64,000 nucleotides of DNA from Dictyostelium discoideum. Its lineage: Eukaryota. Location: assembly GCA_000004695.1 (NCBI GenBank), contig CM000155.2, forward strand, positions 2,112,001 to 2,176,000, given 5' to 3'. How positions within the stretch are numbered: position 1 is the stretch's first letter; every line of letters begins with the position of its first letter. The notes beneath the pieces were generated by a model. That model saw nothing but the letters and a program-made list of their open reading frames with translations, was not told the DNA's origin and ran no database searches. Of the stretch, positions 9,500 through 24,816 are shown piece by piece. The translations under genes and the position numbers were made by a program.

Positions 9500-11946
9500 T
9501 TATTGTTTTCTAAATAAAGTTCTTTTTTGATTTCTAAATTCAAATTCATCTCTACCAACTAAAATATCGACAGCCTTTAAAATTGTAAAATGATCTAAAC
9601 CAGAACGAGATAATTGAAAACGAACATCTTTAATTCTAATACTTGAACCAATGGGTACTCTATCTTTAAGGTATTTTTCAGCGGTTCTAATATTTTCTAA
9701 ACGTTCAGGTGTTAAAGTTTCATTTACAGTATTATTGGTAGTGATTGCATCAAATGTTGAGATATCGAATAAACGAATTGCCTCTTTTGCATGTTCATTC
9801 GTAGCAATTGGAGATAAGGACATTTTTGCCAATGATTCAGAGATACGAATGATAGCTTCTAATTGACGAACAGTGATTGGAATTGCATTTTTTCTTTTCT
9901 TTCTTTCAGTTTCAACTGAGTTTTTTGAACCACCACCACCATAACTACCATTATTAATCATTTCTTGTTCTTTTGATTTTGCACGTACTGAAACGTAATG
10001 ATTTTTTAAAGTTGTAACGGCATCTTCAGATAAACGAGGACTAATTCTTGAACGAGCATATGCAATATATTTTTTCAAGTATTGAATTGTAACTTCATTC
10101 TCACCGATGTGACTATCATCAACGACAGTATTTGAAAGGTCATAAGTATTATTACCAACACTACCACTACCACCACTACGACTTGATTTCTCGTGAATAT
10201 TAATGACATGTTTTGAGATGATGAAATCACGTTTCTCATTCTTTGGATCTTTTACAATGAAAATTAAATCAAAACGTGAAAGAATAGTAGATTGAAAGTT
10301 AATATTGTCATCTGCAGCATCATTATAACGACCATAGACGGGATTTGCAGCGGCCAATACTGAGGTTCTACTATTTAAAATGGTGGTAATACCTGCTTTT
10401 GCAATTGATATGGTTTGTTGTTCCATAGCTTCATGAATTGCAACACGATCATCAACATTCATTTTATCAAATTCATCAATACATACTACGCCACCATCAG
10501 CAACCACCATTGCACCACCCTCCAAATAGTACTCACCAGTGGAGGGTTCACGAATTACCGATGCTGTTAAACCCGCAGCACTACTACCTTTACCACTTGT
10601 ATAGACTGAAATGGGTGCAACCTTCTCTACGAATTTCAATAGTTGTGATTTAGCAGTACCAGGATCACCCAATAACAAGAGATTAATATCACCTCTTAAT
10701 CTCATTTTATCGGGTAGTTTCTTTGAACTTCCACCAAATAGTTGACAACTAATTGCACGTTTAATATCTTCATGACCATAGATTGAAGGTGCAATTGAAC
10801 TTGCTATAATATTTCTTAGATCTTGTCTTCTTGAGAATACCTTGAAAGATTGTTCCTCAGAAGGTGTGAAATGCATTGAATCACGACCTGCATTATCAGA
10901 GGTAATACCCAACACTCTTAGATAATTGGTACGAATTGTACCACCTGCAATCTCTCTTCTTTTACCTCCACCCTCAAATATACCTAAAACACCCAACACC
11001 TTTATACGTGTACCTGGTGTAATTTTATCTGCTAAACTTTTATCCAATGATAATATAATATGACGTGGCATTTCACCGGTTGGAATTGTTTCAGGTGATT
11101 CTTGAAGTTTTAAAATCTGTTGATTTACAAATGTAGATTGATCCGATAATACCACATATGGATTGTTTGGACATGGTTTACCTGCATCATTTGATCCTCT
11201 CTCACATTGTTGTGGAAGTACAGATGATACAATGCCCGGTCTAATATGTAAGGTTTGGGTATGTTGACAATTTTTACATTTTACTACCATCGTCGATGGT
11301 TTTGGTTGAGTTCTACTCGCTGAAATAACTATACCTTGAACTTTTACCAATTTACTAATTAATCCTGCCCTTAAATATCTAATTGGTTCAGGATTAGCTG
11401 AACTCTTAAATAATATTTGAATATCTTCATCAACTTGTTCTTTATTATAATTCATTTCTTTAATAATATCTTTAATTGCATCTTCAAACTTTTTTTTTTA
11501 ATTAATAATATAAAAAAAAAAAAAAAAAAAATTAGTAAAATAAAACTTAAACATATAATTAAGGAGTAATTATTATTATTTATTTATTATTATTATTTAT
11601 TTATTATTATTATTTATTATTATTACTATTATTATTATTATTTTTATTGAATATACTTTACTGATGGCATTAATTCATTTGGTGAAGAAATAAAACGACC
11701 TGATAATTCTTGATTAAAATCTGTTAAATGATCAATACTAACTTCAATATAATGCCATCCTAAATTATAATGTTGTCTTAATTGTTCTTTATATATAAAT
11801 ACATTATCTTGATCCTTCCATTCATTTATAAATCTTTTAAATAAATCTCGAACGCTTGTATCTTCAACGAATCCATTGTTTTTTTTAAATCCACCTTTAC
11901 CTCCACCACCACTAACTGTTACATTTCCTTCATCAAATCCTGACAT
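9500..11946 (-). CDS. mcm5: DNA replication licensing factor MCM5
   Basis: Two exons: 11662..11946 (MSGFDEGNVTV...KEQLRQHYNLGWHYIEVSIDHLTDFNQELSGRFISSPNELMPS; donor GTAAAG) and 9500..11488 (acceptor aaaaaaag; FEDAIKDIIKEMNYNK...). MCM box IYGHEDIKRAISCQLFGGS, Walker A GDPGTAKSQLLKF, and the DEFDKM/SRFDLIF motifs are present. It is collinear with human MCM5 throughout. Confidence 0.95.
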
Positions 11947-12128
11947 TCCTCTATATATATATATTTTATTTATTTTTTATTTAAAAAAAAAAAAAAATAA
12001 TAAAAAAAATAAAAATAAAAAAAAAAGAGAGATATTATTTGCGCCTTTTCTTTTTATTTAAAAAAAAAAAAAAATTAAAAAAAAAAAAAAATAAAAAAAA
12101 AAAAAAAAAAAAAGCGGCAAGTGTTTAG

Positions 12129-12166
<38 letters not shown>

Positions 12167-12227
12167 TTTTTTTTTATAAACTTAATAATCCCAAATTTGT
12201 TAATTTGTTAATCAAGAAAAAAAAAGG

Positions 12228-12280
<53 letters not shown>

Positions 12281-12293
12281 TTATAATTTTAAA

Positions 12294-12325
<32 letters not shown>

Positions 12326-12834
12326 TTATAATTTAAATAAATTATATTTTAGTTGTATATATTATTTTTCATCCCTAGTTTTAATTTGAATTCTTGTAAA
12401 CAAATATTGATCTTTAAAAAACTAAAATGGTAACCATATTGGTATATTATTTTTAAAAAAAAAAAAAAAGAAATCCGTTGTAAATTTTTTTTCAAAATTA
12501 AAAATATCTGAAAAATTGCCAGTTTCTTAGAAAGAAAAATTTTTATTTTTTTTTTTTTTTTTATTTTTTTTTATTTTTTTTTACACAATTTTTTTTTGTT
12601 TAGAAAGAAAACTATTTTTTTTTATTTTTTTTTATTTTTTTTTTTTATTTTTTTTTCTTTCGTTTATTCACTAAAACAAATTTAATTGTAAGTTTATACT
12701 TATTTTATATATATATATTTATTTTTTTGTTTGTTTTTTTTTATCTCCACACTAACATCTCTTAACTTTTTTTTTTTTTATTCAACTTTTTTTTTTTTTT
12801 TTTTTCAATTTTAGAAACTCAATTTTTAAAAAAG

Positions 12835-15096
12835 ATGCCACCAAAGAAAAGACAATTATCACAAAGTGATGAAGATGTAAAAACCACTACAACCACTACT
12901 ACTTCAACATCAACAAAACCACTCACTGAAATTTTCGATGGAATTGTATTTTGTTTTTCAGGTACATTTTCAGTAACACAAACTGAATTAACAAAAAAAG
13001 TTGAAGGTTGTGGCGCATCAACCTCAAAAACATGCACTGCTAAAGTTACACATTTAGTATCAACTGTAGATGATTTTAAAAAGAATGGTACAGCAGTTTC
13101 AAAAGCTCTCAAATCTGGTATTCCAATTGTAACCGAAGGTTTCATTACTAAATCAATTGAAGCATCAAAGAAATTGGAAGAAAAAGATTATTCACTTTCA
13201 TCTTCAAACGATGACGAAGAGGAAGAAGAAGAAGAGGAAGAAGAAGAGGAAGAGGAAGAAGAAGAAGAAGTTGCCAAACCAACTAGAAGATCATCAAAGA
13301 AAGCACCAGCTAAATCTGAAGAAAAAGGAGAAGATAAAAATAAACTTACAACTCGTCCAACTAAAAAAACTAAAACCAATACAAGTGAAGCTGAAACCAA
13401 AACAGCTGCATCAGATCTTGATGATAGCAGTAGTGAATCTGAAGATGAAAAAAATCAAATCAGTGTTAAAATTAAAGGAAGAGCTGCAAATGATCCACAT
13501 TTCCCAGATTCAAGAGTAAGTTTTTAAACTATAGTATAGTAAAAAAACACTATTTTAAAACTATTTTAATTAACTAATTTTCTTTTTATTAATAACAGTT
13601 TCATGTTTATGAAAATGGTAAAGATGTTTATGATGCAACATTAAATCAAACAGAAATTTCACAAAACAATAATAAATTTTATATTATTCAACTTTTGGAA
13701 GCAGATGATGGTAGTTCATATTCAGTTTGGAATCGTTGGGGTAGAGAAGGTTTAAAGGGACAAAGTTCAAGAAAAGATTTTGGTAAAGGTGGATTAAATC
13801 AAGCCATTTCATTGTTTTGTAGCAAATTTTATGAAAAAACCAAAAATACCTTTACTGATAGAGCCAACTTTAAAAAGGTTGCTGGTAAATATGATATGAT
13901 TGAATTAGATTATAGTACTGATTCAAAGCCAAAGAATGGTGCCTCCACCACTGCTACCACCACCACCACCAAAAAAGTTGTTGAACATAAGAAAGAATGT
14001 TCATTGGATGAAAGAGTACAAGAATTGGTTAAATTAATATTCGATGTTAAAATGATGGAGAGAACAATGACTGAAGCCAAATATGATCTCAAGAAAATGC
14101 CATTAGGTAAACTTTCAAAGAATCAAATCACCAAAGGTTATTTGGTATTGAAACAAATTGAAGATGTTATGGGTGGTAAAAGTGGTGAAAGTTTATCAAC
14201 TCTCTCAAGTAGATTCTACACAATCATTCCACACGCATTTGGTATGTCTGTTCCACCAGTAATCAATACCAATCAAATGTTGATTGAAAAAATGAATATG
14301 CTTCAAAATCTTGCCGATATCGAAATCGCTACCAACATTATCAAGGATAGTGAATCTGATGAATCAAACATTTTGGAATTACATTATGCAAAATTAAAAA
14401 CAGATATTCAACCACTCGATGAAAACTCTTGTGAATATAAAAATATTTTATTATATGTTAAAAACACTTATCAAGGTGGAAAGAAACCAACCATTGTAAA
14501 CATTTTCAAGATTGATCGTGATGGTGAAGCAGATCGTTATAAAACTAAAAAACATCTTGGTAATAGAAAACTCTTATGGCATGGTTCTCGTTTAACAAAT
14601 TATGCTTCCATCATTTCACAAGGTTTAAGAATTGCTCCACCTGAAGCTCCAGTTTCTGGTTATAGATTTGGAAAAGGTGTTTATTTTGCTGGTAAGTATT
14701 AAATTATAATAATAATAATATTAATATTTATATAAATTTATACTAATTTAATTTATTTATTTTATAGATTGTATGTCACTTTCTGCAAATTATTGTAGAA
14801 CAGTTGGATCTAATGATTTTTGTATGTTATTAGGTGATGTTGCATTGGGTAAAACTGCAGATTTGGCTAGAGATACTTATATGGAGAAACCACAACCAAA
14901 TTCTCATTCAACTTGGGCTTTAGGTACTGTTGAACCAGATCCAAAAGTATTTTTCCAAGATACTGAAGGTTGTATCACTCCATACGGCCAAATGATTCCA
15001 TCTCAACATAAAGGTGTTTCTTGTTATGAACATCAATATGTCGTTTATGATGTTGCTCAAGTTCATTTGAAATATCTTTTGCAATTAAGAAATTAA
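12835..15096 (+). CDS. Poly(ADP-ribose) polymerase with BRCT-WGR-regulatory-catalytic architecture
   Basis: Three exons: 12835..13515, 13599..14691, 14768..15096 (GTAAGT donors; acceptors aacag and tttatag). BRCT-like FDGIVFCFSGTFSVTQTEL...VTHLVST, a poly-Glu linker, WGR YDATLNQTEISQNNNKFYIIQLLEADDGSSYSVWNRWGREG, and the catalytic [50 protein letters not shown]...YVVYDVAQVHLKYLLQL. Confidence 0.9.
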
Positions 15097-15295
15097 TAAA
15101 CTATATTTAATTGTATAATAATAATAATAATAATAAAATAAAAAAAATAAAAAAATAAAATAAAAAAAATAATAAAAAAAATAATAAAAAAATAATAGAA
15201 AAAAAAAATTAAATAATTATTAATTTATTTAAAACATATATTTAAATAGTTTATTATTTTATTAAATTTAATAATAAATTATTTTAATTTTTATT

Positions 15296-16523
15296 TTAAA
15301 CTTTAATTTCTTCTTGTCTACTTGATTCAGTTTCTTCGGTTGAAGATACTAATGTATTTGAAGAAGCAGCTGCAGTATTATTACTATCTTTATTTTCAAT
15401 ATTAATAGTTGTTGTTAAAGTTGTAGCAGTTTGTGTTGATACTACTGCTGAACTTGAGCTATTTGCATTATTTTCAATATTAATTGAAGTTGTTGTTGAA
15501 ATTGCAGTTTCAGTTGTGGTTGTTGTTGTGGTTTGTTCTTGTTGTTGTTTCTTTACTTCTTGCTCTTTAAGAATTTCTTCTCTATATAATTCAATCATTT
15601 TTTTATCTAACTCACGTGACTAAACATTATTAAAATTAATTATTTTTATTTTTTTTTAATTCCAAATGAATAAATAGTTAGTAAAAAAATCATAGAAATA
15701 ATTTAAAATTTTTGAAAAAAAAAAAAAAAAACAAGTATGAACTCAATAATATGATTTTCAAATAAAAAAAAAAGAAAAAAAAAAAGAAAAAAAGATATTT
15801 TTTTTTTGAAATTTTTTTTGAATTTTTCCTTGAAAATATCTTTTTTTACACCCATGAAAAAATTGTGTTGATCAAAAAAAAAAAAAAAATAATAATAATA
15901 ATAATAATAATAAAAAGATAGGGTTTAAACTTACTTCATCATATCTACTCTTATATAAATCTAAAACATATTTTTCAATTTTCTTTTGGAAACCTAATAC
16001 TGATACCAATAGTTCAACAGTACCAGTTTGAGTGAATTGACACCAATTTGGGTTCTCTGGATGAACTTCATAAACTGTAATATCAATCATCTTTGCTTTG
16101 CTACTTAATGTTTCATTAGTTGTTTTAATAGTAATTTTTCTATTAGCTTTATCATGATATGATTCTTCAATAAATACTGAATGTTTAATATCAAAAAGCT
16201 ATATAATATTATTTATTAAAAAAATATAAAAAAAATAAAAATATGTAAGAATGTAATGAGTTTATTTTTTTATTTTTATTTTTATTTATAATAAAATTTT
16301 ATTAAATAATTACAGTTTTAAACCAACCTGGTGCATCAACTTCTAATTTTGTTTTTCTAATTCTTTTTTCATTGCCATTTTCTTCTGTAATTTGTTCAAC
16401 AATTTCAGAATCTATGATGAATGGAAATAACGGATGATTTGGAAATCTTTTATTATAAACTTCCCAATAGAATTCTAATGGGCATTCGTATGTATAGGCT
16501 GGAAATGTATGGGATGCTGGCAT
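15296..16523 (-). CDS. PRELI/MSF1 (slowmo/Ups-like) domain protein
   Basis: Three exons: 16314..16523, 15935..16198, 15296..15619 (donors GTAATT and GTAAGT; acceptors tatag and gtttag; all phase 0). The N-terminus MPASHTFPAYTYECPLEFYWEVYNKRFPNHPLF matches the PRELI consensus (M..F....Y.Y.W..V..A.W.KYPNP). The middle exon (HSVFIEESYHDKANRKITIKTTNETLS...YEVHPENPNWCQFTQ) fits the fold. The C-terminus is Thr/Gln-rich. Confidence 0.75.
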
Positions 16524-17206
16524 TTTATTTATTATTTATTTAAATATCTAGATTTTTTTTTTTTTTTTTTTCTATGGGGGGGTTTTTTTATTTTTATTTT
16601 ATTTTATTTACAAATTATAATTTATACAAAGTATTTTATATTTAAAAAATTATTATTTTAAAGAAAAAAAAAAAAAAAGTGAAAATAATGATAATAATAA
16701 AATTATATATAAAATATGGTAATAATAGAAAGGTAATAAATAATTAATGGTTTGGTTATGGTGGTGAAAATAAAAAATTATTTTGAATTTTTTTTTTATT
16801 TTTTGTTTTTTTTTTTTTTTTAAATTTTTTTTTTTTTTATTTTAAAATAATTTTAATTTTTTTTTTTTTTTTTTACCATGATTTTTTTTTTTTTTTTTTT
16901 TTTTTTATTTTCGTTTTTGTCAGATTCCATAATTTCCCCCAACATTTTTGTATAGATATTTTTTTTAACTTTTGATTTTTTTTTTTTTTTTTTTTTAGAT
17001 TACAAATTTGTTTACTATTTAGGAAATAGATAATATAGAAAATAAAAAATATATAATAAAATATTATAAAATATAATAAAATATTATAAAATATAATAAA
17101 ATATAATAAAATAATAAAATACAATAAAATATAATGAAATATAATAAAATATAATAAAATAAATAAAATAAAATAAAAATAATTAATATTAAAAACATAA
17201 TACACA

Positions 17207-17278
17207 ATGACAAATACTAAAAAATCAAAACAAAAGAATACTGTTGGAAATAAAGTAAAAAAAACAAATACAAATAAA

Positions 17279-17313
<35 letters not shown>

Positions 17314-18379
17314 TAAACAAAATAAAATCAATAATAAAAATAATAAAAATAATAAAAACAATGATTCAAATAATAAAAATAATAATACAAATAATAAAAA
17401 TAATATAAATATTAAAAATAAAAATTTAAAAAAAGTTGAAAATAATAAATCATTAAAAGTTATTTCATCAAATAAAAATAAAAATATATTAAATAATTTA
17501 AAAAAAGAAGAAAAAGTAAATAGTAATGATATTTTAATTCAACAACAACAAAATAGAGAAAAAGAAGATATAACAAACGAAGATGATGATGAAAAATATA
17601 ATTTATGGAATCCAAAACCAACTTCTTCAGTATCAGTATCATCATCAAAATCATCAAAATCATTAAAAACAACAGATTTACAAAATGAAATGAGTGAAAA
17701 ACTTAAAGGAAGTAGATTTAGGTGGTTAAATGAAACATTATATACAACACATAGTAAGGAAGCATTTAAAGAGTTTTCAGAAGATAGATCATTATTCGAT
17801 CAGTATCATAGCGGATTTAAATCACAAGTTGAATCATGGCCAATCAATCCATTGGATTTAATCATTGACGATTTGTCATCGATTAAACAAAGAAAGAGAA
17901 TTGCAGATTTAGGTTGTGGTGAAGCAAAATTAGCCGAACGTTTACAACATAAACATACAATTCAATCATTTGATTTGGTTGCTGTCAACGAGCGTGTAAC
18001 AGCTTGTGATATCTCAAATCTACCATTAAAGAATGAGTCAATTGATATCGCTGTATTCTGTCTAAGTTTAATGGGTACCAATTTCATTGATTTCATCATT
18101 GAAGCAGAACGTGTTTTAGTTAAAGGTGGTTTATTAAAAATCGCTGAAATCGAATCAAGAATCACCGATATCAATGCTTTTACAAATGAAATTCAACAAC
18201 ATGGTTTCAATTTAATTAAAAAGAATGAACAAAATCAATATTTCACTTTATTTGAATTTTCAAAATTACAAAAAAAAGATCAACAATTTATGAGAAGTTT
18301 AAAACAATATCAAAAATTAAAAAAACAACAAGCTACAAATGAACCAGTTTTAAAACCATGTTTATATAAAAAAAGATAA
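17207..18379 (+). CDS. rrp8: rRNA-processing protein 8 (Rrp8/nucleomethylin) SAM-dependent methyltransferase
   Basis: Single exon. Asn/Lys-rich N-terminus, then LKGSRFRWLNETLYTTHSKEAFKEFSEDRSLFDQYHSGF, the SAM motif IADLGCGEAKLA, SFDLVAVNERVTACDISNLPL, and DIAVFCLSLMGTNFIDFIIEAERVLVKGGLLKIAEIESR. These are all diagnostic Rrp8 blocks. Confidence 0.85.
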
Positions 18380-18561
18380 ATAAAAAAAAAAATTAAAAAA
18401 AAAAATAAAAATTAAAATAAAAATTAAAATAATATATATTTTCCTAAAAAAAATAAAAAACTATTAATAGTAATTGTTTTATTTATTTTTTAAATTATAT
18501 TTTAAATATATATATATACAATAGTGGTTATTTTTATTATTATTATTTTTTTAAATTTTAT

Positions 18562-20271
18562 CTAATAAAATTTATTAATTTGAACTTTTGAATCTGATAA
18601 ACCACACATTAAAATTGAATTTGTAAATTGTAAACAACTAATTGAACTATTGAAAGAGAATAATTCTTTACTTTGATCAGAATCATAATTTAAATTCCAC
18701 CAACGTACTGATTGATCATTTGAACCAGTGATTAAGGTAGTGCCATCCCATTGAAGGCAACGTACTGAACCATTATGACCACGAAGTGTTGAAATATTTG
18801 AATTCTTTGAACGAAGATCCCAAACTCTAACAGTTGTATCATCAGAACCAGTTACTAAAACATTTCCATTGAATTGTAAAGCTCTAATACCTTCATTATG
18901 ACCAGAGAGTATTTGGATAGGTTGAGATGTATTTAAATCCCAAACTCTAACAACACGATCACTACCGCCACTCATTAAAATATTACCATAAACTTGAAGA
19001 CATGTTACACATGATTGATGCTTGAATGTATGAGTCGATGAGAGATTATGGTTTCTATAACGTGTTGAAGTCTTATCATTTACCGATACAATATTGGTAT
19101 GAACATGATCGGGTTCATTAATATCTGGTAAACTTGTGAATGAATTATTTACAGCGAATGGATCATTCATAACATTATCTTGAAGTGCTTCCTCTTCCTC
19201 CTCTTCAGTATCGGGGATTTCAATGCTATCATTAATTATCTCTGCAATATTCCAAACTTTAACAGTTGAATCGGAACTTCCGGAAATAATTTGGTCACCA
19301 ATTTGTTGTAAACAGAAAACATCGAAATTATGAGCACGAGTTGTAAGTATACCTTTTGATTTACCTTTCTCCAAATCCCAAATTCTAATTGAATTATCTA
19401 AACTACCAGTTGCCATAATGTTATTGTTTACATCCAAACATTGAATTGGATAATAGTGACCGGCCAAAGTGAAACGACATTTCTTGGTTTTCGTATCCCA
19501 AACTTTAGCGGTTTTATCGAATGAACCAGTGTAAACTCTTTCATCATCTAAATGCAATGCCCAGACAGTACCAGTGTGACCAATCAAATGGGCCTCTTTA
19601 AATCTATCACCTTTCCATCTTGATTCTCTTTCATGTTGTTGTTTGAAAATTTCTCTCCAATGTAATTGACATGATTTCTCGGATTTCTTTAATAATAATT
19701 CACGATTTGGATAAACCTGGAAATAATTTTGATAAATTGATTTCCATAAAATCTCTTCACATGTAATTAAAAACCATTCGGAACAAACATATTGAATTGA
19801 TAAAACATCTTGAAATGGTAAATATGATATGATCTTCATTGTAATTTCAATTGGTAAAATACTAATAAATGTAATTCTTTTCATTGGATTAAATTTATTT
19901 GGTAATAATAAATTCTTTATAATTTCTTTTAACTTTTTTGAATCTTTCTTTTTATGTTGATAATGATTAATATTTTGATTATTATTATTTTTACAATTTG
20001 ATGATGATGATGATGATGATGACGATGATGAATATAATGTTGGTGATGATAATGGTGACCCAATCTTTTTTGAAACATTTCTTTTATTTGGTGCATAAAC
20101 TTGTTGTTGTTGTTGTTGTTGAATTGCATATTTTGGTCCCCATTTATCTCTAAACACAATTTCTTTATATTTATCTTGATATTCTTCCTCTTCGTATGAA
20201 TTTTCATATGGAAAACTATCAAAATGATAATTTGATTGATTTGAATATTTTTGGAAATCTGGACCTAACAT
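18562..20271 (-). CDS. F-box/WD40-repeat protein (SCF substrate adaptor, Cdc4/FBXW family-like)
   Basis: 569-aa ORF. F-box ITFISILPIEITMKIISYLPFQDVLSIQYVCSEWFLITCEEILWKSIY, followed by about 7 WD repeats (GHTGTVWALHLDDERVYTGSFDKTAKVWD; GHYYPIQCLDVNNNIMATGSLDNSIRIWD; GHNEGIRALQFNGNVLVTGSDDTTVRVWD; GHNGSVRCLQWDGTTLITGSNDQSVRWWN). Confidence 0.8.
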   Translation of the reverse strand: MLGPDFQKYSNQSNYHFDSFPYENSYEEEEYQDKYKEIVFRDKWGPKYAIQQQQQQQVYAPNKRNVSKKIGSPLSSPTLYSSSSSSSSSSSNCKNNNNQNINHYQHKKKDSKKLKEIIKNLLLPNKFNPMKRITFISILPIEITMKIISYLPFQDVLSIQYVCSEWFLITCEEILWKSIYQNYFQVYPNRELLLKKSEKSCQLHWREIFKQQHERESRWKGDRFKEAHLIGHTGTVWALHLDDERVYTGSFDKTAKVWDTKTKKCRFTLAGHYYPIQCLDVNNNIMATGSLDNSIRIWDLEKGKSKGILTTRAHNFDVFCLQQIGDQIISGSSDSTVKVWNIAEIINDSIEIPDTEEEEEEALQDNVMNDPFAVNNSFTSLPDINEPDHVHTNIVSVNDKTSTRYRNHNLSSTHTFKHQSCVTCLQVYGNILMSGGSDRVVRVWDLNTSQPIQILSGHNEGIRALQFNGNVLVTGSDDTTVRVWDLRSKNSNISTLRGHNGSVRCLQWDGTTLITGSNDQSVRWWNLNYDSDQSKELFSFNSSISCLQFTNSILMCGLSDSKVQINKFY

Positions 20272-21980
20272 TTTTATTATTTTTTTTTTTTTTTATAAAT
20301 AATAATATATATATATATATATAAAAGGTAATAAAATTTGTTTTATAGTAATAAATAAAATTGATATATAGGTTTTTTTTATAGTACAGGAATTAAAAAA
20401 CAAAAAAAAAAAAAATAATTAAATGTTTTTTTTTATTTTTTTTTTTTATTTTTTTTTTTTTATTGTAATAATATAAAATTTATAATTATAAAATGAATGA
20501 AATAAAATATACTGAAATGAAATGAAATGAAAAAATAAAATAAAAAACAAATATCTGGGTTTTTAAATTATTATTTTTTTTTTTTTTTAAATTATTTTTT
20601 TTTTTTTTTTTTATTACTTGGAATTTTATTTGTTGGTTTTTTTTTAAAAAAACAATTGGTATACCGCTATGATGGAATACTGAAATTTTAAATTATGGTA
20701 GTTTAATTTTACTGTTTTTTAAATTAAAAAAAAAATAAAATAAAATAAAACCTTTTTTGCTCAAATAAAACAATTGTTTATTATATATGAGTAGGCACAG
20801 ATGTAAGGACGAGAATTGTGGTGTGTGGTTAAAAAAAAAAAAATAAATGTTTTTTTTTATAGATCTATTTTTTGTACTTTTTTTTTTTTTGAAAATGAAT
20901 AAAAATTGGAATAATTTAATAAATAATTGAAAATGAAATTTAAAAATCGTTATGTTGTTATAAAATTAATTATTTTTTTTTTTTTTTTTTTTTAAAATGT
21001 GTAGAGTTATTAATTAATAATGATAAAACAAAAATAAAAAAATAATTTTTTTAAATGGTTTTTATTTTAATAAAAAAAAAAAATATATTGAAATTTTGTT
21101 GGAAATTTCAAAGTAATAAATAGATTTAAACAAAAAATATATATTTTTTTTTTTAAAATAATTCTTTAACTGGTAAAAAAAAGATGAAATATTTTAATTT
21201 AAAAATATTTATTATTATTATAATTTTTTAAGTAAATAATTAAAAATGGTTAATCTTGTTTTGATTTTTTTTTTTTTTATTGTTTGGGTAATATTGTAAA
21301 AATTAATTTTAAAACACATTATAAAAAAAAAAAATTTTATTTTAATTTAAAGATACTTGAGAATAGTAAAATAAATACTCTTTTCTTTTAAAATGATGCT
21401 ATATTGAAATAATTAAATTAATTAATAAATAAATAAACAAATAAATAAATAAATAAATAAATAAATAGATAATATTCGGAAATGGAATAAATAAAAAAAA
21501 AGATGATTTTAATAAATTAAAAGAATTGAAAAAATTAATTATCCGAATTTTAAAAGTTTGTTTAATTCTTCGTTTTTTCACACTATTAGTAATCATAATA
21601 CCTTCGTTGGATTTTTTTTTTTTTTTTAACACACCTAATTAGTAATTTCCTTTTATTTTATTTTATTTTATTTTTTTTTTTTTTTTTTTTTCAAAAAGGG
21701 TTAAAATAAAAGATTACGTAAAAATAAATTGTTTGGATGCATATTAATCTTTAAAAATACTTTTTACTTTAGTTTTCAAACAATATTGTTTTTTTTCATT
21801 TTAAGGAAAGTACTTAATATTCCCTAATTGAAAAACATTTTTTTTTTTTTTTTTTTTCTCGAAATAAAGAATCATACTCTTTATATTACTCTTTTTGGGT
21901 TTTTTTTTTTTTTTTGTTTTTTTTTTAAAATTTATTTTATTATATTTATTATAACAATTTTTTTTTTTTTTTTTCCTTCT

Positions 21981-23530
<1,550 letters not shown>

Positions 23531-24059
23531 TTTATTTATTTTTAATACAAATATATAGAATTTTCAAATTAAAAATTTTGAAAATCACAAAAAATTAAAA
23601 AAAGAAAAAAAAAAATTAAAAATAAAAAAATAAAAAAATTAAAAAAAAAAGGATGAGCTGTTTTAAAAAAAAAAAAAATAAAAAAAAAAAATGAAAAAAA
23701 AAAAATAAAAAAATTAAATTGTCATGACGCACCAAGACTTTTTACATACACCCAGATTTTACCATTATTTTTCTCATCTGTTTTATAATTTTTATTATTT
23801 TTTTATTTTGTTTTTAATTATTTTTATTATAGGTCTATTTTTATTTTACAATCTTTAATATTTTATTTTATTGGATATTTTTAGTAATTTTTCATTTGTT
23901 GGATATTTTTAGTAATTTTTTTTTTTTTTCCCTAATTTTTAAATGGAAAAAAGAAAAAAAACTTGGACGGAAAGTTCACTTTTTTTTTTTTTTTTTTTTT
24001 TGAAAATTTATGTACATATTCTTTATTATCATTATTTTATCTTTTTTTTTTTTTTTTTT

Positions 24060-24513
24060 TTAAACATTTTCTTCCTCTTCAACATTAGTTTCATCAAAAG
24101 CTTTCTTTGCTTTCTTCAACTCTTCATTCATTCTTAATAATTCAATAACTCTGTAATATTTCTTTGGATCTTTTCTTACAAGAAAAACTAAATCCTCTGT
24201 TTGAAATTTACCTCTTTTATTTGAAACTTGAGCTGCTTTTAATGTCATTTCTTGTATAAATTCGAAAACTAACTCTTCTAACAAATCTATTGATTCATGT
24301 AATGGTTCTCTAACATCTCCAAAACCATACATCATATGTTTTACTTTATAAATATAATTTTTTTTTTTTTTTTATAAAAAATAAATTATTAGCTTTTTTA
24401 TAAATAAATAATAAAGAGTAAAAAAAAAAAAAAAACGTTTTCAATATATATAAATATATATATAAATATAACATACATTCTTTTGAAAACATTCTTTTCC
24501 TTTTTGTTGACAT
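24060..24513 (-). CDS. taf13: TFIID subunit TAF13
   Basis: Two exons: 24477..24513 (MSTKRKRMFSKE; donor GTATGT, phase 1) and 24060..24343 (acceptor tataaag). Product MSTKRKRMFSKELKHMMYGFGDVREPLHESIDLLEELVFEFIQEMTLKAA...EDLVFLVRKDPKKYYRVIELLRMNEELKKAKKAFDE aligns with human TAF13 (KRKRLFSKELRCMMYGFGDD...VEDIVFLIRKDPRKFARVKDLLTMNEELKRARKAFDE). Confidence 0.85.
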
Positions 24514-24816
24514 TTTATAGTTTTTTTAATCTTTTCAATAACCACTAATTTCGTTATTTGGATAATTTTATAAAAAAAAAAAAAAAAAAAAAAATGAAAA
24601 TAAAAAAAAAAATTGGGAAATGAATTAAAAAAGAAAAAAAAAAAATTAAAAAAAAAAAAAAAAAAAATTAAAAAAAAAAGGTTTTTTAATTTAAAAATAA
24701 TTATTTTCACCCCTATTTTAACGAAAACGAAGAAACAAATAAATAAATAAAAATAAATAAATAAATAAACAAATAAATTAATTAATTAATAAATAAAAAA
24801 TAAATATATAAATAAA

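Noticed and set aside
16873-17361. ORF 16873..17361 (-), 162 aa
   Set aside because: Leu/Phe/Ile low-complexity read of an AT-rich promoter region; it overlaps the start of rrp8 on the other strand.
19929-20222. ORF 19929..20222 (-) and 17460..17672, 17962..18174 (-)
   Set aside because: Alternative-frame or antisense overlaps of the F-box/WD40 and rrp8 coding regions.
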